Assembly: GCA_964401115.1 (NCBI GenBank)
Contig: CAYNXD010000025.1
Location: forward strand, 1 to 62,792
Source: an uncultured Candidatus Poseidoniales archaeon
GTDB taxonomy: Archaea; Thermoplasmatota; Poseidoniia; Poseidoniales; Thalassarchaeaceae
Direction of reading: 5' to 3'
Length of the DNA: 62,792 nt
Shown: positions 28,155-36,744 of the stretch, one piece after another
Position numbering within the stretch: position 1 is the stretch's first letter
How the letters are laid out: every line of letters begins with the position of its first letter
The notes under the pieces: model-generated
Databases searched by the model: none
What the model saw: the letters and a program-made list of their open reading frames with translations, nothing else
Told to the model about the DNA's origin: nothing
Program-made: the position numbers and the translations under genes

Positions 28155-28431
28155 AAATGTGCCCCGGGGCGTAACGAACCACCTCATCGCCTCTCGGCTT
28201 GGAGGTTCTGACCCACCCCGGGACGTCTGTCGGGCGAGTGGGTGGTCCCATGAATCATTCCGCGCACAGCAGTCCTATGGGGACCTTCTCACCCTGCCGC
28301 CATTTTGCACCACAATTCATTCCCAAAAGGGTCACTGTGGCCTTCGAAGGCGGCGATACCCCGAACTTGGTACCACAGTTCATCCCCCGCCGGCGAAGGC
28401 CAGGGTCCGTGTGGTGTTGCTGTCGGGGCAT
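28155..28431 (-). ncRNA. Four-hairpin archaeal H/ACA pseudouridylation guide RNA with K-turns
   Basis: Four consecutive lower stem / pocket / upper stem / K-turn hairpins: 28430-28357, 28354-28296, 28294-28231 (followed by ACA) and 28224-28161 (followed by ACA, then UUUUU). The pockets are complementary to conserved 23S rRNA segments. A TTCAA box lies 24 nt upstream. Confidence 0.85.
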
Positions 28432-28476
28432 TTTTTCAGCCACACGGCCCCTTCTTGAATGCTATCATTCTAGATT

Positions 28477-31116
28477 TTAGAGCTGGCGCTGAATTTTTTC
28501 ACGTAATCCCGAATGGAATCCACTCTTTCGGGCTGCAACTCTAATCGAAACTTCTGGACAACCCAAAGTAGTCTCGGAAGCGTTGAACTCGGGCCATTTG
28601 TCAAGTGGTTGTAGTAACCACCCGATTAATGGGTGAGTATTTCCTGTATGTGGTAATTGATTTTTTGAAACTGCAAATAAAGCATTTTGCAAATCAAATA
28701 GTTCGCCAACCCCTATCAATTTTGAATCACTTTCAATTCCATGTAAAATTCTCTCAAGCCTTACAATTAATTCAGTTGAGCAACCAGGGTGCTCAACAAT
28801 GCCAACTCCGGGAATTGTATGTTCTTCTCCCGGTGATCTGAATAGGGCGGCAGCCCATGGAATTTCACAAGATAACAACTTCTCTCTTCCATCAGCCAAC
28901 TCGGCCATCCTGACGAACAAATCAGGAGATAATGGTGCCCACCATTCTATCGGCAATGCAGCGATATCCTCAACCTCTTCAATACTTGGAATTCTTCCAT
29001 CATTGGCCATTCCAACCAGTGCCTGCCATCCACTCAAAGTCTTAGAATTGGTTGTAGAATAATTTAGTAATTCAGCCCAATTAGAATCTAACTTTCCTTG
29101 TTGGGAAAGCCAGTTTAATCCACAAAGTGATGGGACTATATTGCTGGGTGGCGATTTGGTAAGGGATATTGGCCCCCATTTAGCTAAATCTGATGACAAT
29201 TCTGGTGGCAACCACGCAACTTGGGAAAGAAGGGTTGAGGCTAGCCATGACTCTGCCTCATTGTCCAAAGATTGTGAATCTACCAGGGTTCTGAGGCGAA
29301 GGGATAGATCGTATTCTTTCCTGATCCTATCTCCAATAAATTTCATGGCTTTTTCTTGCCATTCATGTGGTGCGTGACCTGCAATTTCAGGCAAATTTTC
29401 AATCGGAACGAATTCGTGCGAAAGAAGTTCAATCCACTCTTTTCCTATATTCCGTCCTTGTCTTCTCCACATCTGCCAACGATTTTCATCGGGACATGCA
29501 ATCCAAGCAGATAGTGGGTCCGCTGATTCAATTCTGTTCGACCAATCACTATCACCTACCGGGTACCTCAATACTGCTGCGAAGAGTCTCATTTCGGCTG
29601 TCGATTCCTCTGTGGCATCAGGTGGTGTAGAATCTCCTGCGGCAACAACGGCTGTTTGAACAGAATCTAATAATTCAGAATAATTTCTTGGGGGTTTCCA
29701 ACTAGGGGGTGGTGAAGTAAAACTAGGCGGTGGCTTGGAAGACATCTTGCAGGCCAATTCAACATCTCCTGCTAACTGGAGTCTGAACCATGAATGAGGT
29801 CTGATTGGGTCCGGTCTAAGTGTAGGATATGGCAGTATTTCATCGGGCTCGTTATTTAGGATAACCATTCTTGTCCTATAATCAGAAAAGAGAGTATGAA
29901 TTTGGTGGGAATCATAGTGGTTAGGTGGGTATTGCATCACTATTGGAGTGTTTATTTCCCTGCTAATCGACCAATCAATAAGTGATAGCCAGGCATTGTT
30001 TGACATGCCTTGAACATCAAGTAAGGTACTTTCGTCACCACTCAAATCTGACCATTCTCGATTTGGCCAATCAGACTGGAATCGCCGCCATGTGGAATCT
30101 TCAACTCTTGTGGTGCCGCTTCTCGTTTTTCTGCCCTTACGAATGGCTTCCATTAATCCATCCAAACGATGTTTTCTTTCTACTTCTGATAATCTAGGGT
30201 GGGCTCTATTAATCCATGATTCGAGGATTGATAGTGGTAGCGAATCACCTTCGCGTCCAAGAAGCGAAGCTTCTGCAATTACCATAGCGCCTTCAGTGGA
30301 TGAAGCCAGCAAACTCGTAGTTGAAAGTCGGTCGGTTAGAATGGCACAAATTGGAGATTGGGACCGGAGTGGGGGCACAGATTCGTGAGCGACTCCTAGG
30401 TTCCAGGATTCGGAAGAACCCATGGGCACTGGTAAATCTGGCCATTCAGATTCAATTGGTTCTCCAAACCAACTACCTATCGCTAATCTCAAGGATTGCC
30501 TAGGGTCGAGCAACCTCGCCCTTAGCAATCCAATTTTCGGGACATCTTCCACCCAATCAGCAAGGGATGTGGTTTGCTCATTATTGGGGGGGGCCACGGG
30601 TTGTAAATTTGTTACATCATACCATCTGACCTCTGCCTCTCTAGCGACTGTCCAGAGCCATTCGGCTTTGACCCCTTCATTTCCACTGTACTCTTCATCG
30701 CCTCCATCAAATGGCATTTCACCGCTCCGCGGTAGGGGAATTAGGGAACTATTCAACGATTTGGTGTAAGCAATAAGAAGTTGGGGGCCATCTTTGGCCA
30801 GCAACATTCCTGATGCCCAATCTGGGATGTCATCAATTCTTACTGACGCCAACCTCGCTAATTCATCAGAAGTCAGCAACTCCCATCCAGCGGCAGTCAA
30901 GTGTTGTTTAGCACCTCGCTGGCTAGAATCGGAATCAGATTGAACCAACCCTTCTGCCCGCATCCGCTTTAATTCGGCTGATGCATGAGGTAATCGTAGG
31001 CCAACGGCTTTCCCGGCCACGCTAACAGTGGAGGGTCCATCTGACAGGTGATCGAGAAGCCTACGTCGATAACTACCGCGAATTCGTCGATTAGGTCCTG
31101 CTCTAACGCCCCCCAT
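28477..31116 (-). CDS. Large uncharacterised protein with an N-terminal winged helix (ArsR/MarR-like)
   Basis: RRRLLDHLSDGPSTVSVAGKAVGLRLPHASAELKRMRAEGLV. The remaining ~780 aa are Trp/Pro-rich and unrecognised. The start (ATG 31116 vs 31185) is uncertain. Confidence 0.7.
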   Translation of the reverse strand: MGGVRAGPNRRIRGSYRRRLLDHLSDGPSTVSVAGKAVGLRLPHASAELKRMRAEGLVQSDSDSSQRGAKQHLTAAGWELLTSDELARLASVRIDDIPDWASGMLLAKDGPQLLIAYTKSLNSSLIPLPRSGEMPFDGGDEEYSGNEGVKAEWLWTVAREAEVRWYDVTNLQPVAPPNNEQTTSLADWVEDVPKIGLLRARLLDPRQSLRLAIGSWFGEPIESEWPDLPVPMGSSESWNLGVAHESVPPLRSQSPICAILTDRLSTTSLLASSTEGAMVIAEASLLGREGDSLPLSILESWINRAHPRLSEVERKHRLDGLMEAIRKGRKTRSGTTRVEDSTWRRFQSDWPNREWSDLSGDESTLLDVQGMSNNAWLSLIDWSISREINTPIVMQYPPNHYDSHQIHTLFSDYRTRMVILNNEPDEILPYPTLRPDPIRPHSWFRLQLAGDVELACKMSSKPPPSFTSPPPSWKPPRNYSELLDSVQTAVVAAGDSTPPDATEESTAEMRLFAAVLRYPVGDSDWSNRIESADPLSAWIACPDENRWQMWRRQGRNIGKEWIELLSHEFVPIENLPEIAGHAPHEWQEKAMKFIGDRIRKEYDLSLRLRTLVDSQSLDNEAESWLASTLLSQVAWLPPELSSDLAKWGPISLTKSPPSNIVPSLCGLNWLSQQGKLDSNWAELLNYSTTNSKTLSGWQALVGMANDGRIPSIEEVEDIAALPIEWWAPLSPDLFVRMAELADGREKLLSCEIPWAAALFRSPGEEHTIPGVGIVEHPGCSTELIVRLERILHGIESDSKLIGVGELFDLQNALFAVSKNQLPHTGNTHPLIGWLLQPLDKWPEFNASETTLGCPEVSIRVAARKSGFHSGLREKIQRQL

Positions 31117-31406
31117 AATTCGCCCTCTTCTGACACCTGAATAGCAGGCTTGTTGAACGGGGTGTTGTTGCAGTACTTCAATCATTTCCTTAGTTACAAT
31201 TAGTTACACATTTCCATTGGAGAAGAAGTGGTTTTTCTAACTCACCACAAATAATAATCAAATACCCCTGAATTATATGTCACATTATGTAACTGCATTA
31301 GTAATCGGTGGCAACGGTTATATCAGCGAGAGCATTCCCTTGGCTCAGACGGCGATTTGCGACCTGCACAGAGACGTCAAATGACATGGAGAAAAGAGGT
31401 GTAAAA

Positions 31407-31706
31407 ATGAAAACGGTAAGAATCAGACAGAAGATAAAGGCATTCCTATCGGAACGACCTCGGAACACCGCAGAAATTCTTGAGCACATCAACACAACCA
31501 TGCGTCACGGTACTACAAGCCAACAGTTAGGAAATGTTCTTTCAAAGGATAAGGACATTGTAAAAGTTGGCTATATCAAGCGAAGTGGAATACTTTCTGG
31601 TGGCTATGACATATGTGAATGGGCCATAGTTGATTGGGTCAAAGACAAAAACCCAGAGTGGGTCCCAGGACAACCATTTCTCCTAGATAGAGATGAAAAT
31701 TTCTGA
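31407..31706 (+). CDS. DUF3860-family putative nucleic-acid-binding winged-helix protein
   Basis: MKTVRIRQKIK..RNTAEILEHIN.TMRHGTTSQQLGNVLSKDKDIVKVG is recognised from memory of the family. GAGGTG RBS precedes ATG 31407. Confidence 0.78.
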   Translation: MKTVRIRQKIKAFLSERPRNTAEILEHINTTMRHGTTSQQLGNVLSKDKDIVKVGYIKRSGILSGGYDICEWAIVDWVKDKNPEWVPGQPFLLDRDENF

Positions 31707-31738
31707 AACTTCCTCTAGTGATTAGGTAAAACTGAAAT

Positions 31739-32749
31739 CTATTTTTCCAGTGTGTTTGACCAGTCGCCTGATCTAGCAAGACTGTTCATTTTTGCACGGT
31801 GAGAAAATGCTTGTTGGCTATCTTCAGGTGTTCCACTAGCCCAGACTTTCAGGGCAGCTGCTTGGAGTGCTCTCCCGTAGGAGTATGATAATTGCCAAGG
31901 TGGATTTGAATCCATTTCATTCATGATATTGAGATGGGCAGTTGCATCTTCGTCCGATTGACCTCCTGAAAGAAAAACAATCCCAGGTAATTCAGAAGGA
32001 ACATTTTCTCTCAAGCAGTTTAGAGTCATACGAGCCACTTCTTCACGAGAAATTTGTTGATTGCATCCTTTTCCAGCGATTATCATATTTGGTTTGAGTA
32101 GCGCACCAGGAATATGGACGCCCTGTTTTTCACAGGCGGCAAATGTTTCGCTAAGGATTTGAGCTGTTACTTCATAGCAGCGAGTGGCATCATGATTTCC
32201 ATCCATCAGAACTTCTGGTTCGATAATTGGGACTAGACCTTGCTCTTGGCAAATTGCTGCGTAACGTGCTAGTGCGTGGGCATTAGTTGAGATACAAGCA
32301 CTACTTGGAAGTCCATCACTAATAGCAATGACCGCTCTCCACTTAGCGAATCTAGCTCCCATTGAGAAATATTCAGAACACCTTTCTCTAAGTCCATCAA
32401 GTCCCTCAGTAATTTTCTCACCTTCAAAATTTGCTAATTGTTTAGCACCAGTGTCAACTTTGATTCCAGGAATTATATCAACAGATGAAAGATATTCGGG
32501 AATAGGCGTCCCATCGTCCATCTTCTGCCTAATTGTTTCGTCAAATAGAATGACACCACTGATTGCGGATTCACAATTTGGTGTTGCAAATAGATTCGCT
32601 CTGTAGGCTCTTCGTGCTTCTTCAGAGGATTGAATCCCTACCCCTTCCAAACGACTACCCATTGTGCCAGTACTTTCATCAGCAGCTAATATTCCTCGCC
32701 CGGGTGAAACAATTTTATTCGCATTCATCTCAAGTAGTTCTGTATCCAT
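31739..32749 (-). CDS. fba: Class I fructose-bisphosphate aldolase (eukaryote/proteobacterial type)
   Basis: GILAADES, GVILFDET, PGIKVDTG, FAKWR, VPIIEPEVL, LLKPNM, FLSGGQS, SYGRALQ. Confidence 0.95.
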   Translation of the reverse strand: MDTELLEMNANKIVSPGRGILAADESTGTMGSRLEGVGIQSSEEARRAYRANLFATPNCESAISGVILFDETIRQKMDDGTPIPEYLSSVDIIPGIKVDTGAKQLANFEGEKITEGLDGLRERCSEYFSMGARFAKWRAVIAISDGLPSSACISTNAHALARYAAICQEQGLVPIIEPEVLMDGNHDATRCYEVTAQILSETFAACEKQGVHIPGALLKPNMIIAGKGCNQQISREEVARMTLNCLRENVPSELPGIVFLSGGQSDEDATAHLNIMNEMDSNPPWQLSYSYGRALQAAALKVWASGTPEDSQQAFSHRAKMNSLARSGDWSNTLEK

Positions 32750-32819
32750 AATTACCACTCAAACCCGACGAGTAGGCTTGTCATCTTCAAGCCATCGCAA
32801 AGACAATTTATTCGAGAAA

Positions 32820-33773
32820 TCACTTTACATACTCTGCACTGATGAATTGTCTTGTCTTACTAGCAACGTCAATGACTTCACTGTGGACAGCCACTCTTGA
32901 ACCCAAATCCTCAACTCCGGGTAGATATCCTGAGCAAACTCCACTAGCTACGAATAGGGCATCAGAACTAGCACATAGATCATCTCTACCCCATAATCTG
33001 TAAACATCATCACCAAGCATGTCATGAGCTCTACGCTCGTGATCTTCGTTTGTAGTAACCAATCTTCCTTCAAAATGAGCATCTAACCCCCTCAATGCTG
33101 TAGCTGTAATGACTCCTTCCGGAGCCGCCCCGATTCCCATTAGCAAATCAACATCACTGTTAGGGTTGGCAGCATCGAGAGCAGCAGCCACATCCCCGTC
33201 ACCAATTAGAGGGACTGAAACCCCTAATTCTCTTAATGATTTTATCAAATCTCTATGTCGGTCCCGATCCATAACCACTACTCTAAGGTCGGTCACTGAT
33301 TTATCCAAGGCCGCAGCTGCGGCTTCAACATTGTAGGGCACGTCAGCTTCAAGAGATATTTCACCAACTACTTCTGAAGGTCCTGCCAACTTATCCATAT
33401 AGCAATCTGGCGCATGAAGAAGTGTTCCTCTAGGTGCTGCAGCTAGGACTGCAATTGCATTTGGCAAATCTTTCGCCACATGATTGGTACATTCAAGTGG
33501 GTCGACTGCAATATCAATTTTTAACGCATCTTCGACACCTTGCATTGAACCAAGTGGCTCTCCTATCCAAAGCATGGGGGCATCGTCTCTTTCACCTTCT
33601 CCAATGGCTACCCTACCATCAAATGGGACTGAATCAAATACTCCACGCATCGCCTCCACTGCGGCGCCATCAGCAAGTTTTCCATCTCCTCGGCCACGCC
33701 ATTTTGAAGCAGCAATGGCAGCTTCTTCCGTAGCTCTCACAAAGTGTGACATCAAATCACTGGTGTTCGCCAT
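32820..33773 (-). CDS. glpX: Class II fructose-1,6-bisphosphatase
   Basis: ADGAAVEAMR, IGEGERDDAPML, DIAVDPLE, YMDKL, DRDRH, DGDV, GIGAAPEGV. Confidence 0.93.
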   Translation of the reverse strand: MANTSDLMSHFVRATEEAAIAASKWRGRGDGKLADGAAVEAMRGVFDSVPFDGRVAIGEGERDDAPMLWIGEPLGSMQGVEDALKIDIAVDPLECTNHVAKDLPNAIAVLAAAPRGTLLHAPDCYMDKLAGPSEVVGEISLEADVPYNVEAAAAALDKSVTDLRVVVMDRDRHRDLIKSLRELGVSVPLIGDGDVAAALDAANPNSDVDLLMGIGAAPEGVITATALRGLDAHFEGRLVTTNEDHERRAHDMLGDDVYRLWGRDDLCASSDALFVASGVCSGYLPGVEDLGSRVAVHSEVIDVASKTRQFISAEYVK

Positions 33774-33809
33774 GGACTGCCGATACCTCCTCAGTTCTCA
33801 ATGCTACGG

Positions 33810-34277
33810 TTACTCACCCTTGTGTTTTTCAACTACTTTTATTGATTCTATTTTAGTAGATGGGTATTGCCCATCTTCATTTTTCTCTAATGGTTTTACC
33901 ATATCCCATGCACAAAGAAGGCCAGCCGATACACCAGCTAAAGCCTCCATTTCAACACCTGTTTTCCAGTGTGCCGAAACTGCTACAGTACATCGAAGTG
34001 AATTATCTTCCCAATCCCAAGAAACGTTACAACCTTCTATAGGGATAACATGACAGTGTGGAATCATTCGCGGTGTATCCTTGACTGCTTGAATTGCAGC
34101 TACTGTGCTTGCTTCCAAAACGTCCCCCTTTGTAACGAGGCCGTGTTGAATTGCATCAGCAGAAGTTACAGAAAGTTTTAGCAAACCTGTTGCTATTGCT
34201 TTTCTTTCAACAATTGGTTTATGGCCAACTTGTACAATTCCATCTATTCCATCGTTCAACCCAATCCCCCCTTCCAA
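33810..34277 (-). CDS. moaC: Cyclic pyranopterin monophosphate synthase
   Basis: KGDVL, K.TP.MIPHCH, KTGVEMEAL, WDMVK. Exact start uncertain. Confidence 0.92.
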   Translation of the reverse strand: MEGGIGLNDGIDGIVQVGHKPIVERKAIATGLLKLSVTSADAIQHGLVTKGDVLEASTVAAIQAVKDTPRMIPHCHVIPIEGCNVSWDWEDNSLRCTVAVSAHWKTGVEMEALAGVSAGLLCAWDMVKPLEKNEDGQYPSTKIESIKVVEKHKGE

Positions 34278-34687
34278 ACTGTGCCGTCAGCCCGAACCTC
34301 TTTTTTCCACAGGGGTGCTTGGGACTTGAGTTCATCTATTAACCAACTACAAGCTTCGAACCCTTCTGCACGATGGGGGCTGGCAACATGAATTGCTACA
34401 ATTGGCTCACTTGGTCCAACTGAACCAGTACGATGGGCCATGGAAACAGAAGTAACTCCAAATTTTTCTATCGCTTCTTCACCCAATCTTTCGAGAACTT
34501 CTGGTAGTTTTTCTTCCCATGCATCAAATTCTAGCCTTTCTACAGCAACTCCATCTTCATAGCCTCTAGTTAGTCCGAGAAAGGAAATTACACTTCCACA
34601 CCCATCAAGCATAAGTTTGTCCCTAACGGCATTAGAATCCAAAGAATCAGGGGCTGGAACGATAATTACTCTGTTCTTAACTACCAT
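34256..34687 (-). CDS. moaE: Molybdopterin synthase catalytic subunit
   Basis: F.G.TR, LEFDAW, HRTG, ASPHR, IDELKSQAPLWKKE. Confidence 0.92.
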   Translation of the reverse strand: MVVKNRVIIVPAPDSLDSNAVRDKLMLDGCGSVISFLGLTRGYEDGVAVERLEFDAWEEKLPEVLERLGEEAIEKFGVTSVSMAHRTGSVGPSEPIVAIHVASPHRAEGFEACSWLIDELKSQAPLWKKEVRADGTVWKGGLG

Positions 34688-34769
34688 CTATACAGATGTG
34701 TAATGGCAACCCTGTTTTAATGCGCCGATGGCGAATCCTTCATGCTTGAAGAGCAACTCGAAGGTCCAG

Positions 34770-36011
34770 ATGGCATCCAGTGGAGGCGGTGATGAGCCCA
34801 TTCAGATTATGGGAGCGGGTCTATCTGGACTTGCAGCAGCTATTATCCTGGCAAAGGAAGGAAAAGAGGTTCACGTGCATGATATTAGGGAAGATTCTGG
34901 GGCACGCTTTGACGGTGATTTTCAGGGTTTGGAAAACTGGACTAGCGACACAGATTTTCTAGATGAATTACGAGGTTGGGGAATTAATCCCGACGAATTC
35001 AAAGTAACTCCTTTTCATGAAGTTGATGTAATACATCCTGATGATGAAATTACTAAGGCATGGAGTCCTAAAGTGGCTTTTAGGGTAGTTGAACGTGGCA
35101 CTGCTTCACATACAATCGATCAAGGATTGAAAAGGCAGGCAATCGCGGCAGGTGCCCAAATCCATTACAAATCTAGAGTAAATCCAGAGGATTGTCAAAT
35201 CGTTGCTGCAGGGCCAAGAGATACTTCCGCCGTTGCTTTTGGGGAAATATTTGAAACACCTCTCCCAAACCACGTATCTTTCCATTTCAATGATAAATTA
35301 GCACCAGGTGCATATGCCTACCTAATTGTAATCGATGGTATTGGGCTGATTTGCACTTGTCTTTGGAGAAAACAGAAAAAGAGTGAGAGGTTTCTGAATG
35401 AGACAATTGCCTGGTATGATCAACATTATCCGGAATTGAATAGAAAACCGATTAAGAGAGTTGGTGGGAAGGGAGATTTCACAATCAACCAAAAATACAC
35501 AATTGATGGGCGCCATTATGTTGGTGAAGCGGGAGGCCTTCAGGATTTCATGTGGGGTTTTGGGATGAGATACGCTATTACAAGTGGTGTTTATGCAGCT
35601 AAAGATTTGCTGGGCGAGGTGACTTACGAAACTGAGGTCCGCAAGAAAATTCTTCCCACAGTAATTACTAGTGTCTCAAATCGTTGGTTAATGAATCGAG
35701 TAGGGGACCGCGTTTTTAAGAAAATTGCAGTTAATTGGTATAGGGATCAAACAAAAAGACAGGACGGACTACCATATATTGCTAATTTATTCCGCCCAGA
35801 TTTGAAACGTAAGATTGTCTACTCACTATTTGGGAGGTGGATGCTGAAAAAAGTTACAACTGCCGATGGAAGAACTGTTCTTAGGTTACCATTTAGAAAC
35901 GCCAGAAAGAGAGATGTTTGGGAACCAAGTTCTGATGCACAAAAAGTGAAAGAACAATGGAAGCAAATCCGCCGAGGGGGAGCCACAACGTCATTTGGTG
36001 AAGAGGAGTAA
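34770..36011 (+). CDS. FAD-dependent oxidoreductase (geranylgeranyl-reductase superfamily)
   Basis: IMGAGLSGLAAA Rossmann motif, APGAYAY, VGEAGG..D...GFGMRYAITSG. Confidence 0.8.
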   Translation: MASSGGGDEPIQIMGAGLSGLAAAIILAKEGKEVHVHDIREDSGARFDGDFQGLENWTSDTDFLDELRGWGINPDEFKVTPFHEVDVIHPDDEITKAWSPKVAFRVVERGTASHTIDQGLKRQAIAAGAQIHYKSRVNPEDCQIVAAGPRDTSAVAFGEIFETPLPNHVSFHFNDKLAPGAYAYLIVIDGIGLICTCLWRKQKKSERFLNETIAWYDQHYPELNRKPIKRVGGKGDFTINQKYTIDGRHYVGEAGGLQDFMWGFGMRYAITSGVYAAKDLLGEVTYETEVRKKILPTVITSVSNRWLMNRVGDRVFKKIAVNWYRDQTKRQDGLPYIANLFRPDLKRKIVYSLFGRWMLKKVTTADGRTVLRLPFRNARKRDVWEPSSDAQKVKEQWKQIRRGGATTSFGEEE

Positions 36012-36018
36012 GAACCAC

Positions 36019-36645
36019 CTAACGATATTCTCTTGTAATGTCCTTACCAGCAAACTGGTCTTCAGATTCTCTATACACGGTCCTCAGATTGTTAATCCAA
36101 TTCATCTCTTGAGTAATGATTTGAATTTCTTTAACTCCAATGTCTTCAGATGTGTCCATCCATCCTAGTACTATCTCCATGGTCATTCGAGCACCTTCTC
36201 TATGAGGGTATGAAAAAACATCCATTGACAATGGTGGAGTTGCTACCAATGCGACATCATCCAAATCGCCCAATTGATCAAACATGGCTTCATATGCCTT
36301 CTTCAAAAGACTGCGCCTAGATTCATCTTGAGTAGGCCGGCGACAATCAGGGCCTACAACGTGAAGCAATTTTTTCGCAGGTATTTCGAATGCATCAGTT
36401 ACAACTGCAGTACCTACCGGGCAAGGTTGCAGATTGTCCTTTCTACGTTCAGCAGCGATTGCATTACAAGCTTCTCGGAGTTCTGCTCCTGCCGTGGTAT
36501 GAATCTTGGAATCTATTCCTTCTCTACCAGCAAGTCGATTGTTAGCTGTGGTTACCATAACATCCGCTTCACTCTTGGTGATGTCGCCAATTATGACTTT
36601 AACCAAGCCATTCTTACACTGCCGAGCAAGAAATACGTCCGCCAT
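36019..36645 (-). CDS. Macro domain (ADP-ribose-binding) protein with atypical loops
   Basis: IIGDITK..ADVMVTTAN, IH..AG.EL..AC, G.AVVT.A..IPAK.LLHVVGP. Start set at ATG 36645. Confidence 0.85.
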   Translation of the reverse strand: MADVFLARQCKNGLVKVIIGDITKSEADVMVTTANNRLAGREGIDSKIHTTAGAELREACNAIAAERRKDNLQPCPVGTAVVTDAFEIPAKKLLHVVGPDCRRPTQDESRRSLLKKAYEAMFDQLGDLDDVALVATPPLSMDVFSYPHREGARMTMEIVLGWMDTSEDIGVKEIQIITQEMNWINNLRTVYRESEDQFAGKDITREYR

Positions 36646-36744
36646 GAGGTGAGCAGGTGAGGCCGTCGGCAATATACCCCACGCCGTTAAAGAGAAAAAA
36701 GTGGCTTTTTTGAAAAAAAAAGTCATCACGACTCCGATAATATC

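Noticed and set aside
28155-28431. RNase P RNA, SRP RNA or tRNA interpretation of the GC-rich intergenic region
   Set aside because: No GAGGAAAGUCC/ACAGAA P4 elements, no SRP helix-8 motif and no cloverleaf. The H/ACA architecture explains nearly every base.
28255-28443. 62-aa ORF with repeated GMNCGxK, resembling a zinc ribbon (and overlapping plus-strand ORFs)
   Set aside because: The repeat is the RNA K-turn/upper-stem sequence (AUGAAyUGUGGU) of hairpins 1 and 2, and no CxxC pairs are present.
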